NCBI GenBank assembly: GCA_030704615.1
Contig: CM060733.1
Span: forward strand, 38,440,001-38,504,000
Source of the DNA: Takakia lepidozioides
Taxonomy: Eukaryota; Plantae; Bryophyta
Length of the DNA stretch: 64,000 nt
Direction of reading: 5' to 3'
Under the pieces are notes generated by a model. The model saw only the letters and a list, made by a program, of their open reading frames with translations. It ran no database searches and was not told where the DNA came from. Positions 37,127 through 48,795 of the stretch are shown here, in pieces; the stretch's first letter is position 1, and each line of letters begins with the position of its first letter. Both the position numbers and the translations under genes were made by a program.

Positions 37127-39667
37127 TTACCAATAGTCTCCACAGGAACAAACTCCATCTTTGAAGTGGTGAAAGCGGTTAACATCCCGTACGACAACCG
37201 GTCGCCCAACAATCTTTGAGATAAACTGGGTGGCGGAGTGGCAGTCACCACACACTCGAAGGTTCTTGATAATGCGGACAGTTGTCCCGGGGGGCGTGCT
37301 GATCAGCCCAAAAGCGATGGCCAGTCTCTCACTGTGGAGGCAAATGGATACTCGCTTTTTCTCCTCTTCCACATCATGCAATACAAAGCGTGTGTCAGGC
37401 ACGTACCCAGCCTCCTTCATCTGCCGCGACAATATCTTCAGCACAGCATGGATTTCCTCAATTTGTGGATGCAATTTGTCATCCACGACAAATGTATGCA
37501 CGTAATTCGCGACCTCAATGCAGCAGCAACCTGGATCCTTTCTGACACCTCTGTCCTTCATCATTTTTCTCACCTTTGCAGTATCATCCCACCTGCCAAC
37601 CGCCGCATAGATGTTCGATAGCAGCACATAAGTTGAGGCATTCTGTGGATCCCACTTGAGAAGGCATTTTGCTACACGTTCTGCTACCTCCACATTGCCA
37701 TGGTTTCTGCACGCACCAAGCAACACCCCCCACACTGCAGCACTCGATTCAATTGGCAACTTTTTAACGAAGTCCTCGGCGTCATCCAATTGCCCTGCAC
37801 GGCCAAGAAGGTCCACCATACAGCCAAAATGCGGGAGTGTCGGAGTGAGACTATGATCTTGACTCATTGAATCAAAGTAGTGTCTGCCTTCATCCACTAG
37901 GCCCACATGGCTACATGCAGAGAGAACACATATAAAAGTGATACAGTTTGGCTTCTCCTGCATACAGTCAAATAAACGCAGGGCCTCCCCACTGCACCCA
38001 TGCTGAGAATATCCTGCGATCATTGTGTTCCATGAGATTACATCTCGCTCAGCTATATTGTCAAACACTTGGCGTGCATCCTCTATGCTCCCACATTTGG
38101 CATACATGTCCACAAGGGTATTCTCCAGAATAATATTTGGCTGAATTCCAGCCTTGATGATATCCACATGCACCGCTTTCCCTTTTTCGAGGGCTGCCAG
38201 GCTGGCGCATGCATTGAGGACGCAAATGAATGTGACTTGGTTGGGCATCACCCCTTGCCGGATCATTTGCTCATAGATCTCAAAAGCCTCCCCACCACGT
38301 CCATGCTGGGCATATCCTGCAATCATTGCATTCCATGAGACTACATCGTGCTTAGTCATATTGTCAAACACTTGCTGGGCATCCTTTATGCGACCGCATT
38401 TAGCATACATGTCGATGAGGGTATTCTCTAGAGGGATATCTTGTGCAATTCCCGCTTTGTTGATAGCAGCATGAACCTCCATGCCTTTTTCCAGGGCCGC
38501 CAGGCTGGCACACGCCTTGAGAATACAAATGAATGTGACCCTGTTGGGGGATACCCCTTCCAGTATCATTTGCTCATAGGTCTCCACAGCCTCTCTACCA
38601 CACCCATGCTTCGCATGTCCAGCAATCAATGCGTTCCACGAGACCACATCTCGCTTAGCCATATTATCAAACACTTGACAGGCGTCCCTCATGCTCCCAC
38701 ATTTGGCATACATATCAGCAAGGGCAGTCTCCATAATGATATCTCCTGCAATTCTAACTTTCTTTATCTCAGCATGTATTCTTCTTCCCTGTTCCAGGTC
38801 TCCCAGGCTGCCACACGCATTGAGGGCACAAGCGAATGTGACTTTGTCTGGGGTCACCCCCTCCTGTATCATTTGCTCATAGATCTCCAAAGCCTCCCTA
38901 CCACACCCATGTTGTGCATATCCTGTGATCATAGTGTTCCAAGAGACTAGGTTTCGGTGAGTCATAATGTCAAATACCTCACGCCCATCCTTCATGCTCC
39001 CACATTTGGCATACATGTCAATGAGGGCTGTCTCCAGGATTATATCCGGCACAATCCTGGCTTTTAATATGTCAGCATGAACCTCTTTGCCCTTTTCCAG
39101 AGCTGCCAGTTTGGCACACGCCTTGAGAACACAAATGAACGTGACCCTGTTGGGTGTCACCCCTTCCCACCTCATTTGCTCATATATCTTCATTGCATCC
39201 TTACCACACCCATACTTGGCATATCCTGCTATCATTATATTCCATGTACACATATCCCGTTCAGGCATTTGGCCAAACACTACATTTGCATCCACCACAC
39301 TGCCACACTTGGCATACATGTTGACGAGGGTGTTGAGTAGAAAGATATTCGGCTTGAATCCACTGTGAATAATGTGGGCATGTACCTGTTTTCCCTCTGC
39401 CAGGCCTCGTATCTTGATGCACTCCTGCAAGAGACAGACATAAGTACTGAAGTCTGCCATCATGCCTCCCTGTTTCAAAATGTGGAGGGCCTCTTTCAGT
39501 TGTCCTGCCTTACATAACATTCTCACATCCCCACAAGTGCCAGGAGAGTTCCCGTTGAGTCCCTCTCTAAATCCTCCACTGACCGTAGCGGACATGCTTG
39601 GTTCAAACCTCTGTGCTTGATTCAACCCTGCCCTCCTGCATGACTCCAGACTCTTAGCTACAAACAT
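37127..39667 (-). CDS. PLS-E-DYW pentatricopeptide repeat protein (organellar C-to-U RNA editing factor), intronless, about 846 aa
   Basis: Repeated PLS triplets (VSWNAMIAGYAQHG, PNxVTF..LxAC, LIDMYAKCG), E domains, PG box (DPGCCCIEV), HSERLA..CGDCH deaminase signature, terminal CSCGDYW. First ATG at 39667. Confidence 0.96.
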   Translation of the reverse strand: MFVAKSLESCRRAGLNQAQRFEPSMSATVSGGFREGLNGNSPGTCGDVRMLCKAGQLKEALHILKQGGMMADFSTYVCLLQECIKIRGLAEGKQVHAHIIHSGFKPNIFLLNTLVNMYAKCGSVVDANVVFGQMPERDMCTWNIMIAGYAKYGCGKDAMKIYEQMRWEGVTPNRVTFICVLKACAKLAALEKGKEVHADILKARIVPDIILETALIDMYAKCGSMKDGREVFDIMTHRNLVSWNTMITGYAQHGCGREALEIYEQMIQEGVTPDKVTFACALNACGSLGDLEQGRRIHAEIKKVRIAGDIIMETALADMYAKCGSMRDACQVFDNMAKRDVVSWNALIAGHAKHGCGREAVETYEQMILEGVSPNRVTFICILKACASLAALEKGMEVHAAINKAGIAQDIPLENTLIDMYAKCGRIKDAQQVFDNMTKHDVVSWNAMIAGYAQHGRGGEAFEIYEQMIRQGVMPNQVTFICVLNACASLAALEKGKAVHVDIIKAGIQPNIILENTLVDMYAKCGSIEDARQVFDNIAERDVISWNTMIAGYSQHGCSGEALRLFDCMQEKPNCITFICVLSACSHVGLVDEGRHYFDSMSQDHSLTPTLPHFGCMVDLLGRAGQLDDAEDFVKKLPIESSAAVWGVLLGACRNHGNVEVAERVAKCLLKWDPQNASTYVLLSNIYAAVGRWDDTAKVRKMMKDRGVRKDPGCCCIEVANYVHTFVVDDKLHPQIEEIHAVLKILSRQMKEAGYVPDTRFVLHDVEEEKKRVSICLHSERLAIAFGLISTPPGTTVRIIKNLRVCGDCHSATQFISKIVGRPVVVRDVNRFHHFKDGVCSCGDYW

Positions 39668-40084
39668 TGACACTCAAACTTGAAGGATCTTAAAGCTTGT
39701 ACCTAGGTCCTACTAAGATCTCTTCATGAGGATAGATGCCTTCAAAGCTTGTGTGGGTTACCTCCCAGATCACAGCATGGAAGTGCATTCTTGATAAAAT
39801 ACCAACTCAGAAACCATTTTGTCCTTTTATGGAGGGATAGCTAGTATCACTTCTAAAAATTGTGGTCACCTCCACACTGACAAATGTTATAACATAACAT
39901 AATTTGTGTAATACTTTCCCACAAAAATTTCTTGCTCCATTTCTGTCCAAAGGGAGAGAAGCAATTAGCCCTTAATTCAAAGTACATAAGATTTTGCTCC
40001 TTGGAATATGCAGTGGGTGGCTCACTGTCTCCCCTCATCAAACTGTATGATGGGAGTACTTAGACAAACGCCCCATCCAGCTAA

Positions 40085-42395
40085 CTAGAAAGAGCAAATA
40101 TCCAGCAGGTCTGCAAAAGAAGAGGAGCTGTCATACTGGAAATGCCCCCACGATCCCTGCCAACCAGGGTTTGCCCCTGGATATTTCCCAGCTGCTTCCA
40201 ACACCATTTCTCCATCGACCAATAAATCAATCCACAGTGCCTCATTGTTGCTGTTGTGCTTCATATCCAGTGCTCTAGGATGGATCTGTACCCACACTCC
40301 ATCCCTGGCTCCATCAGCTATCCCTGCCTCCACAACCATACCACTTACATACTCCCCTAAGGCAGCTGAAAAGGAAAAACCAGATTACATAGCAACAACC
40401 CACCCTCCCTATCAGACACTGGTTCATCTCTGGAGTGGGACGAGGACAAGGGGGAGAGAATGTACTCATAAACCATTGTTTGCTGCAGCCTCGTGGTCAT
40501 AGACCCCACGCCCAGTTTGGATGGAAATATAGAAAAAAGGTACTACCTTCATGAGGGGCTCACTCCAGTAGTGTGGTATAAACAATTAGTTCGGGCTTTC
40601 CAGATATCCTCTAGAAAGCCCTTCACACAAGCATCAATCTGCTTTGTGTGGGAGAGAGATTGTACTCATAAGACATTGTTTGCCATAGCCTTGTGGCCAT
40701 TGACCCCGCGCCCAGTTTGAGCGGGAACAAAAGGGACAGAACCTACCTCTGTCAGGGGCTGACATTGGTAGTAAGACTTACCCTTCATATAAAGAATTAA
40801 TCCGGGTTTTTCCAGATATCCTCTAGAAATCCCTTCACACAAGCATCAATCTGCTGTGTGTGATTTGCCCAAAAACTAGGCCTCAGGAGGGCCTGGGCTT
40901 TTGGCTCAGCCTCGAGACTTTCAAAGTAGGTAAACAGGGGTACAGGCACAATTCCCTTGATAGAGTTGAAGAGAGCGTCTCTTTGTGTGGGAGAGAGAGA
41001 GAGAGAGAAAGGGTATCCTTGCAAGCATTGGCTATGGCCACCTGGAGGCTATCCTATGAATGTTACATCCTCAGAGGTAGGTTGTGGGGGATTCAACTCA
41101 TCGTAAGTGTGGATACCTAGGCCAAAACCGTCATATCTGCTAGCACACTGTCAGTGAAACAAATGCACTACAGGGGATTGAGAATAAGATGAGATAATAA
41201 TGTCAAGCACATTGTTCATATTGCAACTGCAACATCAGCCCTATACTTAAGAGGGCTGTGGTAGGCAGTCGCCACGGAATGATCCTTCTCTAGAAACCAC
41301 ATTCGAGAGGGAGAGAATGTACTCATTAAACATCGTTATCGTAGCCTTGTGGCCATTGACCCCGTGCTTATTTTAAGCGGAACACAAAGGGACAGAAACT
41401 AGTCAGGGGCTGACACCAGTAGTATGACTCACCTAGGAGCAGACAATTGATCCGAGTTTTCCAGATATCCTCTAGAAATCCCTTTACACAAGCATCAATC
41501 TGCTGTGTGTAGTTTGCCCAATAACTATGCCCCAAAAGGGCCTGAGCTTTTGGCTCAGCCCCGAGAAGGTTGGTACAGAGGTACAGGCACAATTCCCTAG
41601 ATGGATTTGAAGAGGACTCCTCTCTGGTGAGAGTACCCAGGACAATGAATCAGAAAGTGAATGTTGTCTTCAGGTTGCCCACACAACGGGCATTTGCAAT
41701 CCCCCTTTCCTCTCTGCTTTTGTTTGCTGTTCAAAGGTAGGCTTCCCGCCCTCAGTCTAGTGCCGAGGGTGGGTAAACCCTTAAACCCTCTTGAGAGAAT
41801 GTACTCATAAGACGTTGTTTGCCGTAGCCTTGTGGCCATTGACCCCGTGCCCAGTTTGAGCGGAACCCTCTTGAGAGAGAGAGAGAGGGAGAGAGGGAGA
41901 GAGAGAGAGAGTGCTATCATTACTCTGGGAGAAAATTATGCAATGCATCCGGTTGTCTGCTTCTGCTGTAACATAAAAGGCAGTCACCTTGTTGCCTCCA
42001 TTCTCCCACCATTGACTGGGGTTTGAAAAATCTTCGATCAAAAGCTTCTCCTTGTTTGTACTTTGGCTTTTTGAACATTTGTCGGTGCCGCCGACCGTGA
42101 TCATGGGCATATCTGGCCACTCATATTTCTCCGTCTCTAGGTGGCCTTGAACGTTGTCCTTCTCTCCTGTTCTCCACTGCCCCACGAGTGGCTTCAAACT
42201 GTTTGAAACAAATTTTAACACAATGAGGTTTGGGAAATAGAGAGGACAGTACAGCAAACACCTTCTTGAAACTTTCAGTCCATTGTTGGACTTGCAAGCA
42301 GAGTAGATTTGTGGAGGCATGTGGGGCCCTGTACAACATGCAGAGATGGCAGCCACGTTCCCCTTCCATGCCATGCATATTGTAACTGCTGCCAT
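40085..42395 (-). CDS. Putative two-exon ORF with one degenerate PDF (OSB-type ssDNA-binding) motif, upstream of the PPR gene
   Basis: Exon ending at 41988 (..DFSNPSQWWENGGNK, GT donor) splices in phase 0 to the AG acceptor at 40285 (IHPRALDMKHNSNNEALWID), giving a match to the F.NP..WWDNR..K.NPRAPDFKHK....ALW pattern. Confidence 0.5.
40450..41910 (-). mobile_element. Cluster of 5'-truncated RTE-X/L2-like LINE copies with (TC)n tails
   Basis: C-terminal CPLCGQPEDNIHFLIHCPGY..R knuckle and AQALL..WAN..QIDACVKGFLEDIWK in several copies. TSDs CTTTGTGTGGGAGAGAGA (40642/40981) and AACCCTCTTGAGAGA (41784/41864). Confidence 0.75.
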
Positions 42396-43899
42396 GGCTG
42401 CTCCTTCTCAAACTCTTTTGCCATTGGTCTCAAGAGGGCCATGGCCGCTACTTCTCCAACTTCTCCAACGCTTAAGCTTTTGCCATTGTTCTGAGTGTGT
42501 GGTATCAAGAACACTCCCAGACATCAGTATAGCAGACAAGAAAGTGATTTTGCATCTATGCTAGATCGCAAACAAGAGCATATTGAAATCATAGTTGGTC
42601 AGGGAGAGCCCAGTATGTCCAGTCCAGGGTCAATTTTGAAGCTGTCAACACCACATTCTCGACTAACTCACACCACCACACAGCAGGAGGTCAGGGTTTA
42701 GAGATTCCCCACAACAAGACCCAAATCCATATAATTGTGTATGTCTGTGTAGAGAGAGAATACACGAGAGTACAGAGACACAGCTCACACATCTGAAGCA
42801 AAGCTTGAGAACTCTGAACATCAGGCCTTTCGAGTGAGTAAGGCTTCCAGAGTCACAGAGAGAGATGCATATTCACATGCGTTGAACTCTTTGAAAGGAA
42901 GACCTCTTGCGCACCTTTTATAACTCAACCATGCAACTAGAAGGGGACTAGAAGGCAGTTTGAATTCTCTGTAAAGGATTGTGTGTCGTTGCTAGAGACT
43001 TCCCCTCCGTGTGCCGTGCCCTGGTCATTTGTAAGAGATTATTTCCAAAAGATGCTCTTGTGCCGCCCATCCTGCCTCCCTCTAATGCAAGTATCTTGCA
43101 TCGTCAACATGTTTTGTGTAGAGGGCTGGAGGACAGAGGCGCCTCTGGCAACGACTGCATCCCATGAACGGCCAAATTCCACCAGAGTCGGTATTCACCC
43201 CAAAGGCAACACGGAACCTGATATATAGAGATTTCAAGTAAGGTTTATGGCATTTGCTTGTGATGTGTGTGTTTTAAGAGGGAGAGATCACCTGGTGAAT
43301 GGCACATCGCAGATAAGTTGGAGGTGTGACGCACATTTCACACAGAGCGCTCCCGGACCTTCGATAGCGAAAATTCTTCCCATTCAGAGAAACAAAGAGA
43401 GGCTTCTGTAGTGAACTGCTGAGAGCAAGACCCATTGCAGTTCACGGCGGGCAAATTAATCCTGCCTCCTACCAGCACCATCCCGGGCTTGACAGGGAAG
43501 ACAGGTTTCCCTTGTGACTCTTTGAGACTGTTTTGCTTAGTGGGCATATGTATCAACGAACTCTAGCTCCTTGCACCACCATCCCGGGCTTTAGGAGACA
43601 CTAGGCAACCAAAAGCGGAACAATTGATTGACAGGAATCGTGCCCCATCCAAGAACCTTCTTGAGAACAAATTATAGAAGATACACGAGTACGTGACACT
43701 ACCCTATGGAGAGTGTGGAGAGTTTCTAGTGTTGATGAAGAGTCATTCCACAGCCTGTCCGTTAGCCTTCAGGATTTATGGACTTATTAGCAAAGGAGAG
43801 CTACATACCATTCTTTTTTCTTTTTTTTAAATTAAAAAAAAATCTACGTACCATTCTATTGCAAGACAAGACCTGTCATGTACAAACAACACCACCTTT

Positions 43900-44160
43900 T
43901 TTTCTTTTTTTTAATAATAAAGAACAGGGGACAAAGGCCCTTGGAAATTTATATATAATCGCGGAAATCACGGTACAAATGGGGGGAGGAAAAAATAACC
44001 TCATGGAAGGCCGGAAAGACGTAACACATGGGGAACACCCAAGGCTTAAAAGGGACGAGGGGGAAGAAGGGACTTTAGAGGCCGAAACATAGACCCAGAA
44101 TATTGGAAAAAAAAACCCTAAGGGAGCTTAGAACAGACTCCTCATTAACAACAAACAGGA
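43900..44160 (-). mobile_element. LINE 3' end fragment
   Basis: T-tract plus motifs shared with 22645-22720. Confidence 0.45.
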
Positions 44161-44629
44161 TAATGTCTACAGTTTGAGCTAGATGTCGTGCGCATACATA
44201 TCGCTACACAACTACATCAGTGTCCAAAACCACACAACACATGTGCACACCAAACACTAGTCTATCACTAGTCTATCACTAGTTCATCACTAGTGTAGCC
44301 ACTAGTCCAACCATTAGGCTGCCACTAGCCACCACTAGTGCAGCCACTAGTCCATCACAATCGCCCCCCTAACTAGCGCTTAGGTCCCTCTAAATCCAGG
44401 TAGCCACAAGATGTGATAGTAGCCATAGCCTCATTAAGTCCTCCATCACTGTCCCTACTACACTCAAACTCGACAAATCAAGAGGCCGAGTACAAGAGTT
44501 GCCCCATCGTTAGTTGTCGTCTTGCAACCTCTGAACTTGAGCCTGAGATCTCGGGTATTGACGCGTATGAATTTGGCCTCCCATGTCTTGTTAGCTGCCA
44601 CTAGTCCTATCCACTGCCGCTATCCCAAG

Positions 44630-45928
44630 CAGCAACGCAACCCTGCAGGTACCACCGCAAGGTTGGGATCTATCCTCCCATCCACATGTGGAAGGTGACA
44701 TGGCGCACAATTGCGCACATGGTCCTTCCATACCATGCCATCTCGATCCTCTTGAATCAACACTCCTGAAGGCAACACCTCCCTGACCCTTAGAATCACA
44801 CGTCATGCTGTGACATCCAAGGTCGTAGGCGCTGTCTGTTACAGATACACATAGTCCCCCAAGGTGGAAACGCTGAACACCTGGCCGATATCCCCCTCCA
44901 CGTATAGTGGTATATCTCAATGTGTCTCGGTGTTGGGCAATAGCAAGATTCTCAAAAGCCATAGACATGACTCTCTTGAACAACTTTGCCCGTTGGGTAC
45001 ATGCTTGTGTCCACACATCCGAATCATCCAGGTTGAGGACTACTGCAGCCTCCTTGTGAATAGATGCAGGCAAATCTGGCTCTCGGCCAAAGAGAAGGAA
45101 ATATGGTGAGAAGGAGGCAAGTGATGCTTGCTTGCTAAACCTGTAGCCCATGGCTAACCAAGGTACCTGAAGATCCCAATATCCTAGGTGTCCCTTTTGC
45201 AAGTCATACTTGCGCAAACCCCTCTTCACCGTCTGCACCACTCTCTCTGCCAAGCCATCGGCCTCAGGATGATCCCGAGAAGTGGTACGGTGGTCTATCA
45301 AGGTTTTATCACACAAAGCTTGAAACTCCCCCAAGAACTCTCTCCCTTAGTCCGTGAGTGCCTCAGCTGGAGCACCGAATCGGCTAAGCACATGATCCAA
45401 GAATGCATACGCAACCCCCTCACTAGCCTTGTAAGGCAATGGAACCAACTCAATCCACTTGGAGAAGTGCTGCACCATCACCAACACATATCTGTGGTGG
45501 CGCATCGTCAGTGGCAACGGCCCTGCGAAGTCAAGACTCCACATGTAGCCCAATCCCATGATGGGTAAAGGATGCAACTATGGTGTAGGGGCGTTGAATG
45601 AAGCACGCACCTTGTCACACACCATGCACCTAGCCACGAACTGTTGCACCTCTGTGTGCATATCACGCCACCAATACTGCCCCTGCAGTAAACTATGAGT
45701 GCGTCGCACTCCAAACTGCCCCAACTCCTCATGGGCATGCCGCACTAACCGTGCACGCTGTATTGGGTGAGGCACGATCCTCACCCGACCATTCTCCCAT
45801 ACTCGAAGCAGGTGTATCCCCTCCCACTTGAACCTCTTGGCTCGTTGCAGGATCCGATCCCTCTCCTTGGCAGTCACACTAGTTGTCGTGTCTCCAGTGC
45901 GGAGGTAGTCCAACACAACAGCACACAT
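44630..45928 (-). pseudogene. Gypsy integrase
   Basis: AHEELG..YWW..CMVC (H2C2), WSLDFAGPLP, ALTD, DHPEADGLAERVVQTVK, PYFLLFGREP, C-terminal KDHVRNCAPCHLP; stops and frameshifts present. Confidence 0.92.
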
Positions 45929-46680
45929 CCGTGGGGTGTGGAATCTGTGCGATGGCCTCTACCTTAGTCTGCTGCACCCTCAATCCTCTAGGATATATCA
46001 TGTGGCCCAGATACTCAATCTGGTTGTGAAAGAAGTTGCACTTTCCTGGATGTAATTTCAATCTATGCGCTCTCAAGCGCTCAAACACCACTTGAAGGTG
46101 TCTCTCGTGCTCCTCCACCGTAGCACTAAAGATGATGATGTCATCTATGTAGCACCGAGCAAAGTCCACCCCTACTAGAATCATGTCCGTGACTCTCTGG
46201 AACTCTGCATGAGCGTTCTTAAGCCCGAATGGTAAGAACCGCCACTGATATAGGCAATCCTTCCCGTGCTCATTGATCCCCCAGAATGTCGTCTTCTGCT
46301 TGTCTACCTCCTTGATCGGCAACTGGTGATATTCGGACCGTAAGTCCAGAGTGCTAAAGTGGCATCAAAGATCTCATCCGGTGTGGGCATGGCATACTTA
46401 TCGGACTTGGTCTGACGATTTACAGGCCGATAATCACCGCACATACGTCTCTCCGTCCAATTGCCATAGACATCCTCCTTGGCTGGCATCACCGTGGCTA
46501 AAGCATACTCTCCACCAGAGAGCTCCACCAAACCAGCCTCCCAGAGATCTTGAGTCCTCATCTGAATCAAAGACCTCTCCATGTCACTGTATCTATAGGG
46601 TCTCCGAAAGATTGGCGTGTCCGTGGCCAACTCAATACGAATCTCCTGACCCTTCAGTGCTCCCAAATCCCTCAAACTGA
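45929..46680 (-). pseudogene. Gypsy reverse transcriptase; RNase H missing
   Basis: PIFRRPYRYS, RRMCGDYRPVN, KTTFW, LPFGLKNA, CYIDDIIIFS, KLHPGKC, YLGH; joins straight to the integrase at about 45928. Confidence 0.93.
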
Positions 46681-47132
46681 AGGCAAAGCAATTCTTGTAA
46701 GCCCTCAGGAACCGCCGTATACGTCGTCTCTCTCCTCCAGTGACAATGGGTCCAATGTCAGGCTCCCAATTGTCCTCCGTAACTGCAACCTTAAGTCCAG
46801 CAGACTTAGAGGTAGGAGACGCGTCCCGTGGTTGCTATGCCGCAACCTCATGAGCAGTACTCCCTGCCTACTCAATCAATGACAAGGCCTCATCCTGCCC
46901 CATTATCTCATCCTTGAGAACCTCCTCAACCCGAGAAGAATCCCCAACCTCATCCATCACAGCCGCCTTGGCTACCAACTCCCTCTGAACCTCGAGCACC
47001 TCCCACGTGTGCCATGGATGTCTACACCCCATGGTCCTCACCGGCTCACCCCCACTCACTGCCTGTACCGTCTCGGTAGGCAGAGAGACCGTAAAGGGAA
47101 GTGCACTCTGCACTCTACGTTGCCAAGCTGGT

Positions 47133-48071
47133 AATCCAGGTCAAGCAATTGAGATCCATTGTTTGCCCCAATACCTGACGACGTGATGCCTCAGAAAGAG
47201 AAGGCACCGCCATGGTCCCAGTGGAAAAACCCACAGCCCGCTCTCGCTTGTCGGCATTAGGCAATACTAACTGCTGCAGCTGAACATCCTACAGGAGGCC
47301 TGGTCCACTATCCCGGAAAGCATGCGATCTTGGGAAGCTGAGCAGTGTAGGTAGTGCTGCTTGTGATTGACCCACCTTGTTGACCACTGCCAAAGACGGA
47401 CGATCGTCGTGTCTCACACCCTGAGACTGTCTCCCCGTGTCCAAGATGTTATCCACTGTGAGGTGTGTTGGCCGCTGCACCCCATCAAATGCACGCTTGA
47501 GTAGTGCGGGTGGCATCAAGTTAGTCCACCATAGCCGTGGACGATGAGCCCGTGACCCCACTGCAGCTGCATCCATCAATACTGCTGACCCAAGCCATGA
47601 CCGGACTTGATGCACACCGGCCATCACCCTGGCCCAAGAATCGCCCATCAGTGGCACATTCTCCAAGATGTATGCTGGAGATATAGCCTGATGAAGCTGT
47701 AAGTGACGCAAAAGCCGCATCATCTCCCAAAACAGACCCGACCTCAAGTCTCGCAATCCATTGTCATGCTCGGCTGATGAATGCCATTGGCAGGGCCAAC
47801 CTGCCACTACCAAATGATTGGAGCCAACCCGCTCCAAATCCTACGCCCCGGGCAACGAAATGTCTGCTGGCAAAGCCTGCTGATATCCACGAACTGCAGA
47901 CACCGGCAACAACTCAGGGTACTGCTGCACCAACTGAGTAACATGGCGTAGAGAGACGCGTCGTGCGGTCTCATCCCTCTCCACATACAGGTAACGCCGA
48001 ACTCGTACACCTGCATGTAGAACAACAGCCAACCCGGTGCTGATCCCGCCAAACAAGTCTAGAAGGCAAAT
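47133..48071 (-). pseudogene. Retrotransposon-encoded C5 DNA cytosine methyltransferase domain (DNMT3-like)
   Basis: One frame with two TAG stops (47841, 47289): motif I ICLLDLFGGISTG, II YVERD, III ADI, IV VVAGWPCQ, RSGLFW, VI ILENV, VIII SRAHRPRLWWTN, IX RERAVGF, X RRQVLGQTMD. Confidence 0.92.
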
Positions 48072-48454
48072 GTCTTCATCCAGACACTGTCACATGATTG
48101 GTGTGGTGTCCAATGGTGACAACTGAGGTGGTCCTAGTGCAATCCCTGCACTGTCCTCCTCTCCTGACGGTACAAAAGCCTCTACCTAGGCTTGTTGCAC
48201 ACGACAATCAGCAACCCACTGCAAATCCTTGCTCGAGCCCCACAATGGAGTGTGAGCAACCATGGCAGGCAACTCCCGCATACCATATATGTCATCCTGC
48301 TCTCCTGGAGGTGACACATCCTCTGAATGAGCGTTGCCCTCAAGCAACTCTCCAGGCCAACTCACTGCAGCTGTGAATGCTGTCAGTGTCGGCATCTTGC
48401 CTCGATGGGCAACAGCAACTCCTCCTATGAACATCACAGGGAATTGCACACGTC

Positions 48455-48795
48455 AGCCCTCCCCTGACTGCCATCCAGGCCTATATGAAGCTGACTCCTC
48501 CCAAAAATCCAGGGTGAAGCCCATGGGGTACAACACTGCCCCACCAATAAGGACATCGTACAAGACCGCGTCTGTCACAATGGCCTTGGCTCTCATCACT
48601 GAGCCATCTGTAGGATGATCTGGCTGTAGTCGGATAGCCAACTCACACCGTGTCATGCCCCGAGCCTGCTCTGATCATCCCAGAGATGTCTATATCTGGA
48701 AAGGGCATGGCTCTATATCCGCCTCCGTGAGGCCCAAGCCTGCTATAGCAGCTCTGCCCAGCATCAATGGTTGAGCTCCCAAGTCCAACAAGACT
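48455..48795 (-). pseudogene. Gypsy aspartic protease
   Basis: VLLDLGAQPLML (probable DSG, TCG>TTG) and YDVLIGG. Confidence 0.75.

Noticed and set aside
37127-37540. U-to-C (DYW:KP) editing factor
   Set aside because: Has a PG box, HSERLA and a terminal DYW, i.e. the canonical C-to-U type.
37230-39368. Plus-strand ORFs over the PPR gene
   Set aside because: Antisense shadows of a repetitive coding sequence.
47133-48071. Host DRM/DNMT3 gene or bacterial restriction-modification MTase
   Set aside because: No introns or own start, motif order is not permuted as in DRM, and it is embedded in the pol region between protease and RT.
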